A stretch of 64,000 bases of DNA, taken from NCBI GenBank assembly GCA_020891255.1, contig BQFW01000006.1:1426001-1490000 (forward strand). The letters are read 5' to 3'. Positions 10,826 through 23,834 of the stretch are shown here, piece by piece. The stretch is from Entomortierella parvispora E1425. Lineage: Eukaryota > Fungi > Mortierellomycota. Position numbers and translations under genes: made by a program. The notes beneath the pieces are model-generated. The model was not told the origin of the DNA and ran no database searches. It saw only the letters and a list, made by a program, of their open reading frames with translations. The stretch's first letter is position 1; each line of letters opens with the position of its first letter.

Positions 10826-13363
10826 ATGGCGTCTTCGCAGAGGGACCATACTGATGCCCCACGACACGGTCTCTCGGACAATGAGCACGACCACAGCCAC
10901 CATCAAGAGCAGGACCTCGCCAATGAATGGACAGACAGGACTCCTTCGTACAGCGACATTCACCAGCCCAGCAATGGAACTGCGGCCATTGTCCCTGTTG
11001 CCATGCCTGTTGCAGCGCTGCACCGAGGCCTGCTTCCGTCCGCCGCAGGACAGGGTCGGCCTGCGCAGACGCTTACTCAGACAAGACAACCCCGCCTCTT
11101 GCCCCTGCCAACGCCTGTTTCGACACCATCCGGGCTCAGCGCAAGGTTGGAGCTTGAAACAGACACGGTCGAGATATACGATCGCTCCAACGACGGTTTC
11201 CAATATTCCCTCAAAGGCACCATCGAGCTGGAGTGGAGTGGTCAGACAGAGCTAATCCTCAAAGATGCGCGGATGGACTTCATGGGATATGCGGTAGGAT
11301 GAACCTCTTTTTTTTTCTTTTGGCCCGGACCAAACTGGTTTTGGACATCTCTGGGGGGTTGGGGTCACCCACTCTCCGTCCCACATGTGCCTTCCGTTGA
11401 CTGGCACACTCGCTCATTATCGTGAACTTGTACATGCTTCTTGGATAGGATACTGCACTGCTGCGCTATGAAGCAGGAGCAACAGAAACACCGGTGCACC
11501 ATACTCACGACTTTATCGCCACCCCACTTGTCCTGTCCAGTCCAGTGCTGCGACCCTCATCAGAACCTTCTGGATCGCATGATGCACCACCACCACCACT
11601 ACCGGCACGGACACATCACCATAAGTCTCTTCCGATCGATCTGACCCTGCCTGGAAATCTGCCAGAGAGTATACATCTGGCCATTGGAAAGATACGATAT
11701 GAGCTACAAGTAACTTTGGAACTATCCTATGCGTCAGGAACACGCCATGCAATGACGGAGCCAGTGTTGCTAAGAAGACCCATCTTGATCCATCGCATCG
11801 TCTATCCCTCGGCGCAGCTCCAACCTCGAGTGGCTCTGGGACTGGACAGTGGTGGAGTCGAGATTCAGGTCAAAGTACCGAGACTATTGCATTGTGAGAA
11901 CACTCTGTTGGCAGTCGAACTTCATGCAAAGCCCAGGACACGGAATGTGAGACTGCGGAGAGCAAAGGTCGTGTTTGAACAGATCGAAACGGATCGGTAA
12001 GGACAGCCTATGCAAGTCCATATCTTTACAGAAACTCAGAGACCCTAATCGCGATTTTGCATTTCCTTTGGCATTTCCCTTTTCTGTTGGCAGGTACCAA
12101 CGTACATCTTCTCTGGTCGTGGTGCCCAAAGCTGTTGTTCCTTTGACTGCCAATGATTCAACTCTTCTTCGTCTTCCAACAGCCGGCACATCCGATCTTT
12201 CAACTTCACCGCCACCTCCACCTCATTCGCCGACGTTGATCCTGCCCGGCTCACCAGCATTTCCTCATGTGACAGGACCCCCTCCGGCACCACGACTGTT
12301 GACTCGAGCTATTGCACAGCCACTGGAAGTAACTTTTGAGGAACCAACCATGGAGATGCAATCCCAGAACATGCACCTGCAGCTGGTTCTCTCTCCAGAT
12401 CTCTGCGTGGACGTTCAGAGCAATTGGGTTCAGATCAGCCACTCGCTCCGAGTTGAAATTGAGTACACAACCGAGGAAGAGGCATATACAAATGCACCAC
12501 CAATTTCACAGCCACCTCCGCCACAGCTACCACCGCAGCTCCCTGCTAGACCTTCGAACGCCTCGGTGCCCAACAGATCAGATGAGGATTTGCAAGAATC
12601 TGAGAGCAAGGAAGAAGAGACTCTGTCTCTAGAGGAGCAAGAGGAGGAAACTGGAACTGCTGGAATTTGGGATCAAGAGGGTGATCCAATAGAGCAAGAA
12701 GAGGACACTGTCGATTCCAATGGCCATCAGGATCACATCAGAACAGCAATGACGCCTCGCGAAACGGAACATGGCAATTTGCATCATGAACTCCTGGATG
12801 AAAAACGGGCATTAATGGCGTTAGAGGAAGAGTTGCTCCAGGCTGGTCACTCGGATTCGCCCACATTGATGCTGTTGGACCAAACTGCGCTGGAACCAGA
12901 TAGAAAAGAGGGACAAGGAGAGATGGGCGGAGAAAGCAATGACGATCCACCTAGTATTGGAGAGGACAGCACTCGGGCGAGATCAGGGTCCACGTCCCAA
13001 CAGTCACATCCAGGAGCCAACCTGTTGAAATCGACAAAATCGCGCACGGCCCATCCTTCGGGTGCATCGTCGTCTGCCTCGGCCATATATTCGGTTGCGA
13101 CGGAGGAAATTCCTATTCGGGTTGTACGAGTGGTTGCGACGGCGCTTGTGGACGCATCCACTATTGCACAGGCAGCTGGCGAGACAGAGGCAGGACTTCC
13201 GACGTACGAAAGCGTGATTGAAGCCACGGGTCTGCCCGCATACGCAGAGGAAAAGCTGGAAGATGATCATGAAGACGCTGAGGTCAGCGGCGCAGCTACC
13301 GGAGTTCTGGGCGGTGCGGCCAGGCGTCTGGAGGGCGACGATGCCGAATTGCAACGGAGATAG
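10826..13363 (+). CDS. Alpha-arrestin-like ubiquitin-ligase adaptor, multi-exon
   Basis: Arrestin-fold strands (YSLKGTIELEW; FTLTLPGNLPESIHLAIGKIRYELQVTL-like; ISHSLRVEIEY). C-terminal PY-type motifs LPTYE and LPAY. Long Pro-rich and acidic insertions. Confidence 0.75.
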
Positions 13364-13535
13364 AATGCTTTCACCATATAAAAAGGCAATCTTCTCCATT
13401 GAACGTACTCTGTTGCCTCTGCACTGCTCCAACTATTTGCTTCTGGAGAGCAGTCAATCTTGGGACAACATGTCCCTTTGTATATCTGAGTGACCAAAGC
13501 GACCAAGTATATTATTAAAGAGGAGTATAGCTATT

Positions 13536-16500
13536 CTAAATCTTTTTGGCACCAAGGCTCGACTGGGTCTTCTTCTCCTTGGCCTCTGCCATGCGAAGGC
13601 GGCGTTCCTCCCGTTTACGGGCCATTTCGGCCACCTTTTCTTCTTTGCGGACAAATCCACTGCCGGCAGGGCTGGTGGTTGCTGGTGTTGCAGAAGCGGT
13701 CGAGGCCGTGGAGACGGTCGAGGGTGAGCGTCCGAGATTGGAGGAGAGGGGGCGACTGCCTGCCGGACGACTGGAGGTGGCTGGGTTGGGGACGTTCAAG
13801 GCCTTGAAGAGATCGTCTTCTGCACCCCATGCATCTAAAAAAAAAAAAAAAAAAAAAAAAAAATGGAAAGAAATGAGAAATTGATATTCGTGGTTCACTT
13901 GATAAGAGTCTTGGTGCTCTGTAAACTTACCAGCACCGCCATCATCCATGGCTCCAAACCCGAGACGTGCAGACTTGGCGCCTCCTCCCAAAGACATGGA
14001 AGAGCTTGCGTTGGTGGAGGGTTTCAAAGGTGCCTGGGTAGGCTTCATGGTGGCAAAGGTTGGCATGGGCGAAGGAGTCGATGGCTCCATTGGCTCAAAT
14101 CCTTGGTCTGCAAACAAATCGTCATCTTCGTTACCCCAGCCTGAACCTGTCGCCGCCGAGGCATCCTCCTCGTCGGCTTCTACAGCTGCCAAGGCAGATG
14201 CGTATCGGTTGACCGAGAATCCATTGGCGCCTCTGCTGTTGGAGTTCTCGGTGGCGATGTGAAGTCCGCCAGCGTTGGAGAGGGACATGCCATTGCTGGT
14301 GGTGTTCGAGGTCGAGGGCACGGGTGTGTTGGCAGGTGAGGGGCTACCGTTGGTGGGTGAGTTTCCAATGTTCTGAGGCTGCATTTCGCCCGTGACCAAC
14401 TTCTTGGTGATGGAAGATACGGCCCAACCTGCCCACGTTTCTGAAGAGGCAGCTGAGGGTGTCGAAGGTGTTGAGCTTCTGCTGGGGCTCTCGCGCCCTG
14501 TATCCACAATGGCCGAATCAGGCTGTCATTTTCATTTTCAAATAAAGAGTGTTAGAGGCGGGCGTCCTGACTGAAAGGAGAAACAAAATCAGGGAGCTTG
14601 GGATCTCACCATGCTCTCGACCAATATTTGGATACGCTTCGTGAAAGTCTCCAGTGACTTCAAGGCTTGAACACGAACGATTCTGAAGGCATAAAAACAA
14701 TAGTTAGTCATGAACGTCCTGGCGAGTCGTCTATAGATCCGTTTCCTCGCTTACTTTTCGGTATCAACCAAGGTCAGAGATATGCAGGGTATAATTCGGG
14801 TGGCAATATCTCCTCGTTCGTACGACTCATAGGTTGCTAAAAGAGAAAATGTCATTCAGAAAGGTTGATGAGTACGCCAGGATCACTTTAACCTGAAATG
14901 CAACCATGATATCAGAAAACTTACCATTCAATGCCATCAAACTTGCCACACGGGCATGAGCGAAAGGATCGCGCAAACTCCTTGTGAAAGCAGGGACTAG
15001 AATCTTGGCTTTGGTCTAGAGAGTGAAGGAATTCAAAACCATATAGACGTCAGGATACATCTTTGAGACCCCATTTTAAAAAAAAAAGGTCGCCCATATG
15101 CAACTTACGCTGTCGTTCAGGTACTTTGTGATCTTTCCGAGACAGATAACAGTGTTGGTACGAATTCCTGGCTCCTCATCTGTTTGCAACTTGCCGAGGT
15201 ATCGCAACAAATCATAGTTGATCGTCTTGTCTGACAACTTGCCGATCACAAGTAGCACCGACTTGACGGTCCACTCACGGATAATAGGCGCGGTATCTGT
15301 AAATCCCAAGGCCATGCTGGGGAAAATCTTTTCGTTGATAACCTTCTTGTTGATCCTGTCAATAAAGCCTCCAAGGTTCTCAAGCAAACTCAGGCGGATG
15401 GTTCTGTCGGTCGAAGCAAACATCTTGACCAACACGTTGCTGATCAATGCCTCGTACTCTTGCTCTTCCAAATCGGCACCGATCTTGACAATAGGTGCCA
15501 ACACTTTTGCACCTCCTGATCCATATTCAAGCGCATGCACCAACTCGGGCAAGACCTTGTACTTGCAAAACTCTTTTGGGAACCGATCGATTTGCATGTC
15601 CAGCTTTCGCAAAAAAGTGTCTCGCTGAAGAGGCTCCTTCACCGAAAAATTCTCCAAGAAGAGAACCACCTGGATCAAATCGTTTTGGAAAAATCCCTTT
15701 GCCTGAAGTCCCTTGTCCAAAAAGTCGCCTACACTGGGTCGTGTCTTTGGATCAGGTCGGATCAAGTTCTTATAAAAGGGTGCCATCTCTGCAGGAATGT
15801 TTCCAGGAACAGCCAGTTGTTCAGGGGATGTAAAAGTGCCGTTGTAGACTTCGTAGATCAAACAAGCATAGTGCCAGGTATCTGTTGACCACAGCTCATA
15901 TCTAAGTGAGATAGAGACAACAGTCCATTAGATATCTTTCTAGAAGCCCCAGAGCAGGACTCTATTGTCTTGGTAGTTTGTGGACATCATTCTTACTCTT
16001 TGACGACATTCCATGACTTTTTTCTGACTTCTGGTGGTGCATATCGGTTCGACTCGGGGATTAATCCAGCAAAGGTCTAAGAGGTAGATGATATAGGTCA
16101 GAATGTGCACAGTTACATTTCTAGCTGCTCACTACATGTTTCCATTGCCTTACCAGGATTGCAGGTTGGTCTTCCTTGAGAGACGAGAGCGCTTCAAATC
16201 CTCCGACCTTCCATTCTCCTGACTTAGTGATGAAAATGGACGAAGTACGAATGTTTCCGTGAATGAACGAGGCATCGACAGTCAGGAATTTGAGGACATT
16301 CTATCAGCAAAGAGGCAATAAAATATTTGGTAGGTGAGTTTCGTAGTAGTCTCCAGGTCCTCTATCCTGAGCATCGGCGTGTCATTCTACCTACAGCGAC
16401 TTTGTGAAGACCCCAGCGGATCAAATTGGGGTCCAGGTTGGATCGAAGGTGGTCTTGCAGCGGTGTTACAGCATCGGTCACAATGTAGATGTAGGTCTCC

Positions 16501-17012
16501 GTCTAGTGCATTCATGATCAGTGAGTATAGAGTGCATCAGTATCCTACTGGACCTCAAGAGGGCAAATGTCACTTTGCCATTAGCCTCGAACGAAACTGA
16601 CATACCTCCACGCCATCAATGTACTTGATTAGGTCTGGGTGTCGAATGGTCCTGAACTTTTTGAAAGCATTCCTAGCCAAGGGCAACTTGTCCCGTTGAC
16701 GGACACAATCAAAGCAAAGGATTGACACGGGCGAGTTGTCCTCCTGAAGCGAGAAAGACGACAGGAGGTGAGAAAGTCGGTTTGATTAGCATTAATGGAT
16801 CCTCCTTCCAGGCTTGATGAATAATGGCATTCATCCGTGGCGACAAACAGCACGGCTCTCCTCCTTACTCGCTTGATGCCTTTGTGAAGTGCCCAGATGG
16901 AGGAGTCAAAAGAATCGACTCTTTCGCCGATGGTGTAAGGGAAGGCGGGGATCTCCTTCCCGAGCACGACTTTGGACAGGGTCGACTTGACAAAGTCTGA
17001 AAAGTAGGCCAT
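13536..17012 (-). CDS. CEX1: SCY1-like pseudokinase Cex1/SCYL1 (kinase-like domain, HEAT repeats, disordered tail), multi-exon
   Basis: Start MAYFSDFVKSTLSKVVLGKEIPAFPYTIGE. HEAT region KYKVLPELVHALEYG...GFTDTAPIIREWTVKS...DEEPGIRTNTVICLGK. Tail WAGWAVSSITKK...MARKREERR...LGAKKI. Confidence 0.93.
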
Positions 17013-17169
17013 GAAGGATGTGTCGATGAAAGAATGTCGTGAGAGGGGATGATGCAGCAAAGGAAAGATGATAAAAAAAGGAAAGGTCGTCTGAACGAGC
17101 GGAGCCTTCTTTCGTCTTTCATTGAAAATCTTATTTTTTTAGCCCTGACCGCACTTGGAGCCATAGAAA

Positions 17170-20100
17170 TCACACACGTAGAATTGAGCCTGACTCGACG
17201 ACGCACGATCCACCGTCTGCCCCTTGCCCCTCGCCTTTCGTGCGTAGATGCAGCATCTTGGAGATCGCTTCCTGCTGGGCACCCTGCAGAGCCGCAATGA
17301 GCTCTCTCTGGCTCAGGTTCTTGGCGGATCGCTGTATGTGCACGACAATTTGCGCGATCTATGAATGGTGCAATGTCAGCATGTCTTTGTTCGGAACAGC
17401 TGGCAGATGCAAATCAACTGAGGCTCGTTCCTCCTACCTGTGCCAGAGCTCGACGGCGGGCTATCACCTTGTCGCTTTCCGACTCTCGTCTAGCTTCCTC
17501 CTGCAATCGCGTGAGACTGTTCGAGATCTCTTCGGCTCGTTGAGTGATATCTCCTGGAAGTCCCATTGTCTTGGCGAGAGACAGTCCTGAGGGTAGAAAA
17601 GCTTGTCAAGAATAGACCCTGCATGATCATGTCGTGTCTGCCAAATTTATCAGTATTACCATAGTGCTCCTCTTTGGCCGATCCATCGGAGAGGCGGTAC
17701 TTGTAGACGATGTCTGGTCTGTCAGGTGCAGTCTGAAATGCAGGGTAAGAACAGTGCACGTCATTTCTTTCTTTGCCATGCCTGCCATGTTTACCTCTGT
17801 TTCAAGATGCAGGTTGACGACATTGTGATAGGCAGGCAGAGTTGTCGTGAGTTCCTGAAAATGGGTTGCAAAAAATACCAACGCTCGGGTGCGAATCAGC
17901 TCTTCACAAACTGCGAAAGCAATGCCAAGGCCGTCATGAGTCGATGTGCCTATCAAAGTAGGCGATCAGCATTCCCGTGGTCACCCAGTCGCCATAGCAA
18001 AGAAGCAGCATTGTATAGACCTACCTCTTCCCAGCTCATCCATGACTACCAAACTTCTCTCTGTGGTATTCTGGAGAATGTACGCAGCCTCTTTCATCTC
18101 CACCATGAATGTCGACGCGTTTAGTTCGATGCTGTCATCATTGCAGATTCTGCTGAACAACTACATGTGATTAAATGTAAAAGTTAGGAAGCTGGAACAT
18201 AGAAGACAGAAATACGCTTCGTGTCGCGTAATTAACAGCACGTCAAACCTGATCGAAGATCCGAAATGATGCATATTCTGCAGGGACACTAAGTTCAAAG
18301 AAATGGTATGCGTTAAATGAGGCAGGACGAGAGAATTGCAGATCAACGCGTTCTGGAGTCCTCACAATGTGCCGATCTGAGCCATGATGCTTAGGAGCGC
18401 GACTTGCCGCAAATAGGTCGACTTTCCACTCATGTTTGGCCCCGTAATGATCTGAAAGGTGCTAGCAGCGTCAGCATACGTATCATTGGGGACAAAGGCT
18501 GCAGAGTAGAGTCTCTCGACGATCGGATGACGACCTTGCTTTATAACGAGCGTGTCTCCGAAGTCTGGACGAACATAGTCGGCCACCGTACACTGATGGG
18601 CAAAGGACAGGAGCATATCCAGCATTGCAATGGCTTCGGACGCCTTGTAAAGCGCACCAATCTCGGAACGGATCTCACTCGACAGGTCACCTACAATCTT
18701 GTCCGACATCAAATACACCTCTGTCAAGGAATCGTTGATCTTTGCATTCTTCTTGACCAGCTCCAGAGTGGTGAATGTCAATGTCTTGCCCTTCTTGACC
18801 ATATTGATGAATACCAGTGGAAGTTCGCCTCCATCCAGCTGATCCGCAGTTGTCGAGAGGTAGTATCCCATTGTCAGATTGAATTGAATCTTGAGACCGA
18901 TCCCGAACTCCTCGACGTACTGGTTGACAACTTCAAAGATGTCGTTAATAGTTTCCTTGAAGGTCTGTCTGGCAACATCGAGCAACCCATTGCGACCAGA
19001 CTTTACGGCAAAACATCGCTGGTTCCGGAGCCCAACAGCAGTCTTCTCCAAGACAATGTTATGTTCGATGACTTCGTCGATAATGTTGGAAAACTTTAAA
19101 AGTCGAGGATCCGTCAAGAGTCTGTGAACTGTAACAAGCAGTCTGTTCTGGCACGCACCAAGAGGTTGGACCACGCTCACGATGGTTTTGAGTGTATGTT
19201 TGAGGCTGATGATGTGATTGATGGCTTGTTCCGAGTGTTTGACTGTTGGTTTTGTTGGAACCTGGATGAAAACCGAGATAAGATGATCAATGTCCTGGAA
19301 GGGCTTTAACGCTGTCTTCAGTGCATAGAATATCTCCTCGGATCGAGATAGCTCCTGGACACAGTCAAGGCGGGTGTTGATAGTCCTTTCATCCGTGAGT
19401 GGCTGTAGTATGTTGGATCGAAGTAGACGTGTTCCCATTGGAGTCAGTGTTTCATTTAGGATACCAAGCAAGGTTTCCTTGTCATTTTGGCTGACCAAGT
19501 TCTGCGTGAGCTCCAAGTTTCTTGCCGTTGAACAATCGATCACCATGCTCCCTTGACAGATTTGGTACTTGAACTTGACAGAGTGGTTGCTGAAGACTGC
19601 ATTCCGAGATTCTTCGATATATCGCATCACGGCAGCCGTTGCCGAGAGGCAAAAGTATTTTGTTGGAATACCAAGCAACAGCGACGCGGACCCTTCTTTG
19701 ATGATGTATTTCCTGATGTAGTCCAGTCCTATGAAAACACCTTCCAAGGTCAGCTTTGAAAGCGAGAACACATTGGTGGCAAAATTTCATTTCAATCGCG
19801 AGTCAGCTAATATGCAACCTGCCTGCGCCATCATTGAAATATCGTCGCGAGATAGGAGTGATGGTGCTTGTGGGAAGATTCTCTTTGATGATCTTGACCA
19901 GCTTTGAATTGGTTGGCTCCACAGCTGTAGTCGGGACTAGGATCTATTGGTGACAACGTGTCAGATTGACGAGTCCCTTTTTTATCCTGTCAAAGGAATA
20001 CCAACATACACATGCCTCAGATGGCTCGTAAAGGTTCAACTTTTGAAGGGTTCTGACATATGTCTGCGAGTCTGCAATCTGCGCCGGGTTTAAAAATGGT

Positions 20101-20594
20101 GCCATCAACTCAAGATCAGTGAATAGGACGATTTTGCTGCCGTATCTTTCGGGTAGAGTTACAAGGGTGCTTGTTACCTGGCACAAGATAACCTCGCTTG
20201 TTTTGAGGTTGCAAAAACACATTCCAACCTCTGCACCGGTGCCTCGACCTTCGACCAAGGCGACAACGAAGTTTTGTGCGTCTTTTCCTACAGTGGACTT
20301 TGAGGAAGTCGGACCTGTTGTCCGAGATCCGCGTGTGTTTGAACGTGTGGAGGTATGTGATCGATTGTCATGCTTGCTGCAAGGGTAGCTGTTGGTAGCA
20401 TTGCTAGCCATAGTTCTTGAGTTGGATCTTCCAGAGACGACAGAGGCTGAACCTATGGAGCGGGCGGATGCGACCGAGGATGAAGCGGGGGTTGCGGGGG
20501 TCGAGGCTCTTGTGGCGCTGTGGCCCGAGTGGGAGAGGAAGGGCGACTGCAGGGTCCTCTTGGGACGCAGCGGCGTAGAGGGCATGGCTGACAT
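17170..20594 (-). CDS. MSH4: Meiotic MutS homolog Msh4, multi-exon
   Basis: [17 protein letters not shown]; [20 protein letters not shown] (Msh4-typical); Walker [17 protein letters not shown]; [16 protein letters not shown]; FFATHF. Last exon ends ...SILRV* (TGA at 17170-17172). Confidence 0.95.
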
Positions 20595-21257
20595 GGAGCG
20601 GCGCTCGATGGTGGCGCAACAGAAGAGTCAGAGAGGACGCGATGTTCAAGGGACAGACCGTTGACAACTTGGAGGAGAAGGAAGAATGGGCGCAAGCCAC
20701 AGCAGCAGACAGGGTACAGAATGGGGCAAACATCTCCCAGGTAAGCCAAGGTGGGCGCAATCATGCCCATAGCAAAGAATAGCACCATCACATCCCAGTA
20801 AACAAACTAGACAAGAAGGCTATTTTTATCACACTCTCTCAGGGCACGACTCTAGCAGTGTATGTAGTGCAGTGTCAGAAGCGTCTCCTTCTCGCACTCA
20901 TTGAGCTCCGGCCGTCACCTTTGGAGCCGACTCTCGATATCATCCCCTTCTCTTCTTTCATTTCATCGTTATATTCATTCATTCATTCATCCCTGGATTG
21001 TCCTTCCCCCCCCTCAATCCCCTTCCTCTCTCCTCCCCTCTCCTCTCTCATACACTCACGCCCTCTCACTGCCTTGTGCCATCGCACCAAGCAGCACACA
21101 CACATCTGCTTTTGGACATTCATCTCCCCTTTCCTCCCACAGCAACGTGTCCTGCTGGACAAGGCACAACAGTTTTGCAATCTTCGCCCTTCATCCACCT
21201 AATCCCATTCCTTGCAGACCACGTTACGACTCTTTTCACGACACCCCACTCATCAGC

Positions 21258-23242
21258 ATGATCTTCACCCAAAAGATCGCCCTCTTCCTGGGAGCAGCCA
21301 TCCTCGCAACCTGCTCTCTCTCCAGCTCTGCAGACGCCGCCGCCTGCAAGTACAACAATGGCCTTGCCTGTCCACAAGAGACCCCCTGTTGCAGCGCTGT
21401 AAGGACGACTGACCAGCCCCTCCATTTCCTGCCCCCTTTTCTCGTTTTCCTTTCCACTGCATTAATCCAACGCCATGGTTCGATGTGGCGCTGTGTTTGT
21501 TCCTGAACTTCACATCCAAGACATTTTATTAATACTTTCTCCGTCTCTTCTCATTCCGTCATTCTTAGCACGGTCACTGCGGAAACTCACCTTTGGCATG
21601 TGGCACTGGATGCGACGCCACGGCCAGTTTTGGAGGCGTTTGCCAGCGGTTCACCCCAGCTGCAGTTGGAGGCAAGCCAACGCCTGTGCCTTCGTTGCCC
21701 AAGGGCTCGTTCAAGGTCGTCGGTTTGACTGGTGTTGCTGCCCAGCATATTGCCTTGGTCACACCAACGAAAATGCTCATCATTGACAAGGCCGAGAACA
21801 ATCCTGCTAAATTGCCTAGCGGCAAGGCCGCACACACGGTCGAATACGATCTCACGACCAATGAATACAGAGTCATGGATGTCTCCACCAACACCTTTTG
21901 TTCTGGTGGCGGTTTCCTCCCCAACGGCACCTTGATCAGCGGAGGCGGCGCCGAGGCTCGTTTGACACACACTTTTGCGACTGGCAAGGGATTCCAGTCT
22001 TTGAGAATGTGGCAGCCTTGCGAAGACGGTACCTGCGAGTGGATCGAGAATTCAGAGGATCCGGAATGGCAGATGACGGGCAACCGTTGGTATGTCTCTA
22101 TCACCACCTTGCCCTCCGGCGATCTCTTTATCCTCGGAGGTAGTAACGAATCGCTGGCGATTAACCGGTTGGCAACCAACAACCCCACCTGGGAACTTTA
22201 CCCCAAGCCCAAGCCAGCTGTCGATTACCAGCCTGTTCTCATGCAGTTCATGATCGATGCTATGCCCAACAACTTGTACCCCAACGTCTACTCGCTTCCC
22301 AACGGCGACCTTTACATCTTTGCCAACACAAAGTCGGTCATCTACAATGTTGAGCGTCGCCAAGAGGTACGTCGCCTGCCTGATCTGCCCGGTGGTCCCC
22401 GCTCATACCCTCTTACTGGATCGCATGTCCTCCTTCCCTTGGACCCTGCCAAGAACTATGCCCACGAAATTTTGGTTTGCGGTGGATCCGAAGCCATGTC
22501 AACGCGTGCCAATGCGCTCCAGTCCTGTGGACGCATCAACCTAGCCGATGCCGATCCTCAGTGGGAAATGGACGAGATGCCCACGCCTCGCCTGATGTCG
22601 GACCCCGTTATCCTGGCCGATGGAAAGATCATGCTCTTGAACGGTGCTCAGATCGGCTATGCTGGATTCCTTCGTGCATCGAACCCCATTTACACGCCTG
22701 TGGTGTATGATCCTGCAGCTCCTTTGGGTCAGCGCTTCACAGAGTGGGTGCCTAGCAACATTGCTCGCATGTACCACTCTGTGGCGACACTCTTGCCCGA
22801 TGGTACCGTCTTTGTTGCTGGTTCAAACCAGAACTCTGAGGTCCGTTACGAGAATGTTCCTTACCCTACTGAATACCGTGTCGAGTCCTTCACTCCCCCT
22901 TACCTCACAACCGACTTGGCTCGTCCCGAGATTGTGTCCGAGATCCCAGAGTTGGCGACCTATGACCAAAAGATTGAGGTTGTGATCGATGTCAAGGACA
23001 CAGATCGTTACACGCCCGAGATTACCTTCATGCTGGGTCACCGTGGCTTTGTTACCCACAGCACCCACATGAGCCAGCGTATGACCAAGCTCGTTGCCAC
23101 CGCCGGAAAGACCGATGGCACCCAGCTCACGTACACTGTCGCCATGCCCCCCAACGCTAACTTGATGCCCCCTGGCCCCCATTATATCCACGTCTTGAAC
23201 AACGGCGTCCCATCCATTGCCAAGCATTTCATCCTCAACTAA
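21258..23242 (+). CDS. Secreted copper radical oxidase (glyoxal-oxidase-like, CAZy AA5_1) with N-terminal hevein/CBM18-like module; exons 21258-21398 and 21569-23242
   Basis: Signal peptide MIFTQKIALFLGAAILATCSLSSSADA, then Cys-rich CPQETPCCSA|HGHCGNSPLACGTGC. Cys-Tyr cofactor motifs NTFCSGG and NRWYVS; Cu ligands in RMYHS and FVTHS. Confidence 0.92.
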
Positions 23243-23834
23243 ATTATGTTATCTTTACCTTAAAGAAAGAACTTTTCCATAGAAAAAAAACCCCCATTAT
23301 TAAAAAAAGTAGACAGCGTGCCGCTTTAATACTGGAAGACTCGAGAGGATGCGTCCATCACCCGTTGAATTTGTTCCGCAATGCCCATTGGTATCTGTCA
23401 TCAGGCATCATGTATCCAAGATTATTTTTTTAACCTTTTTTTTTATTACTGGGGGGGAATTTACATGGTGTTTCGTGGATGTCTTTCTTCCAACTGAAAT
23501 AATAAAGAACGGAGGGTGCGAGGAGGAGAGGAGAGGGTCGAGATCAAAGAAGTGGAGATGCAAGAAAATAAAGAAAAATAAAAAATAAAAAAAAGAGGTG
23601 TAGGAACCAAAGGAGGGAGTGTTTCCAATGGAATCCTGGTCAAAAAAAACTGAAGACTTCCCCGAGAAGCTGTGTTGAAATCCAAAGTGTCCTTTTTCAA
23701 AAAACTGAGATCCATAGGTGATGGTTCCTTGCTACTGTTGGTGTTGCTCTTTTTTTCCGCTCTTCTTTCCTTCTCAAGACTCCAGTTGATTTTCTGTTCT
23801 CTCTTTCTCCGTCCGACTGAGCGACGACTGTTGT

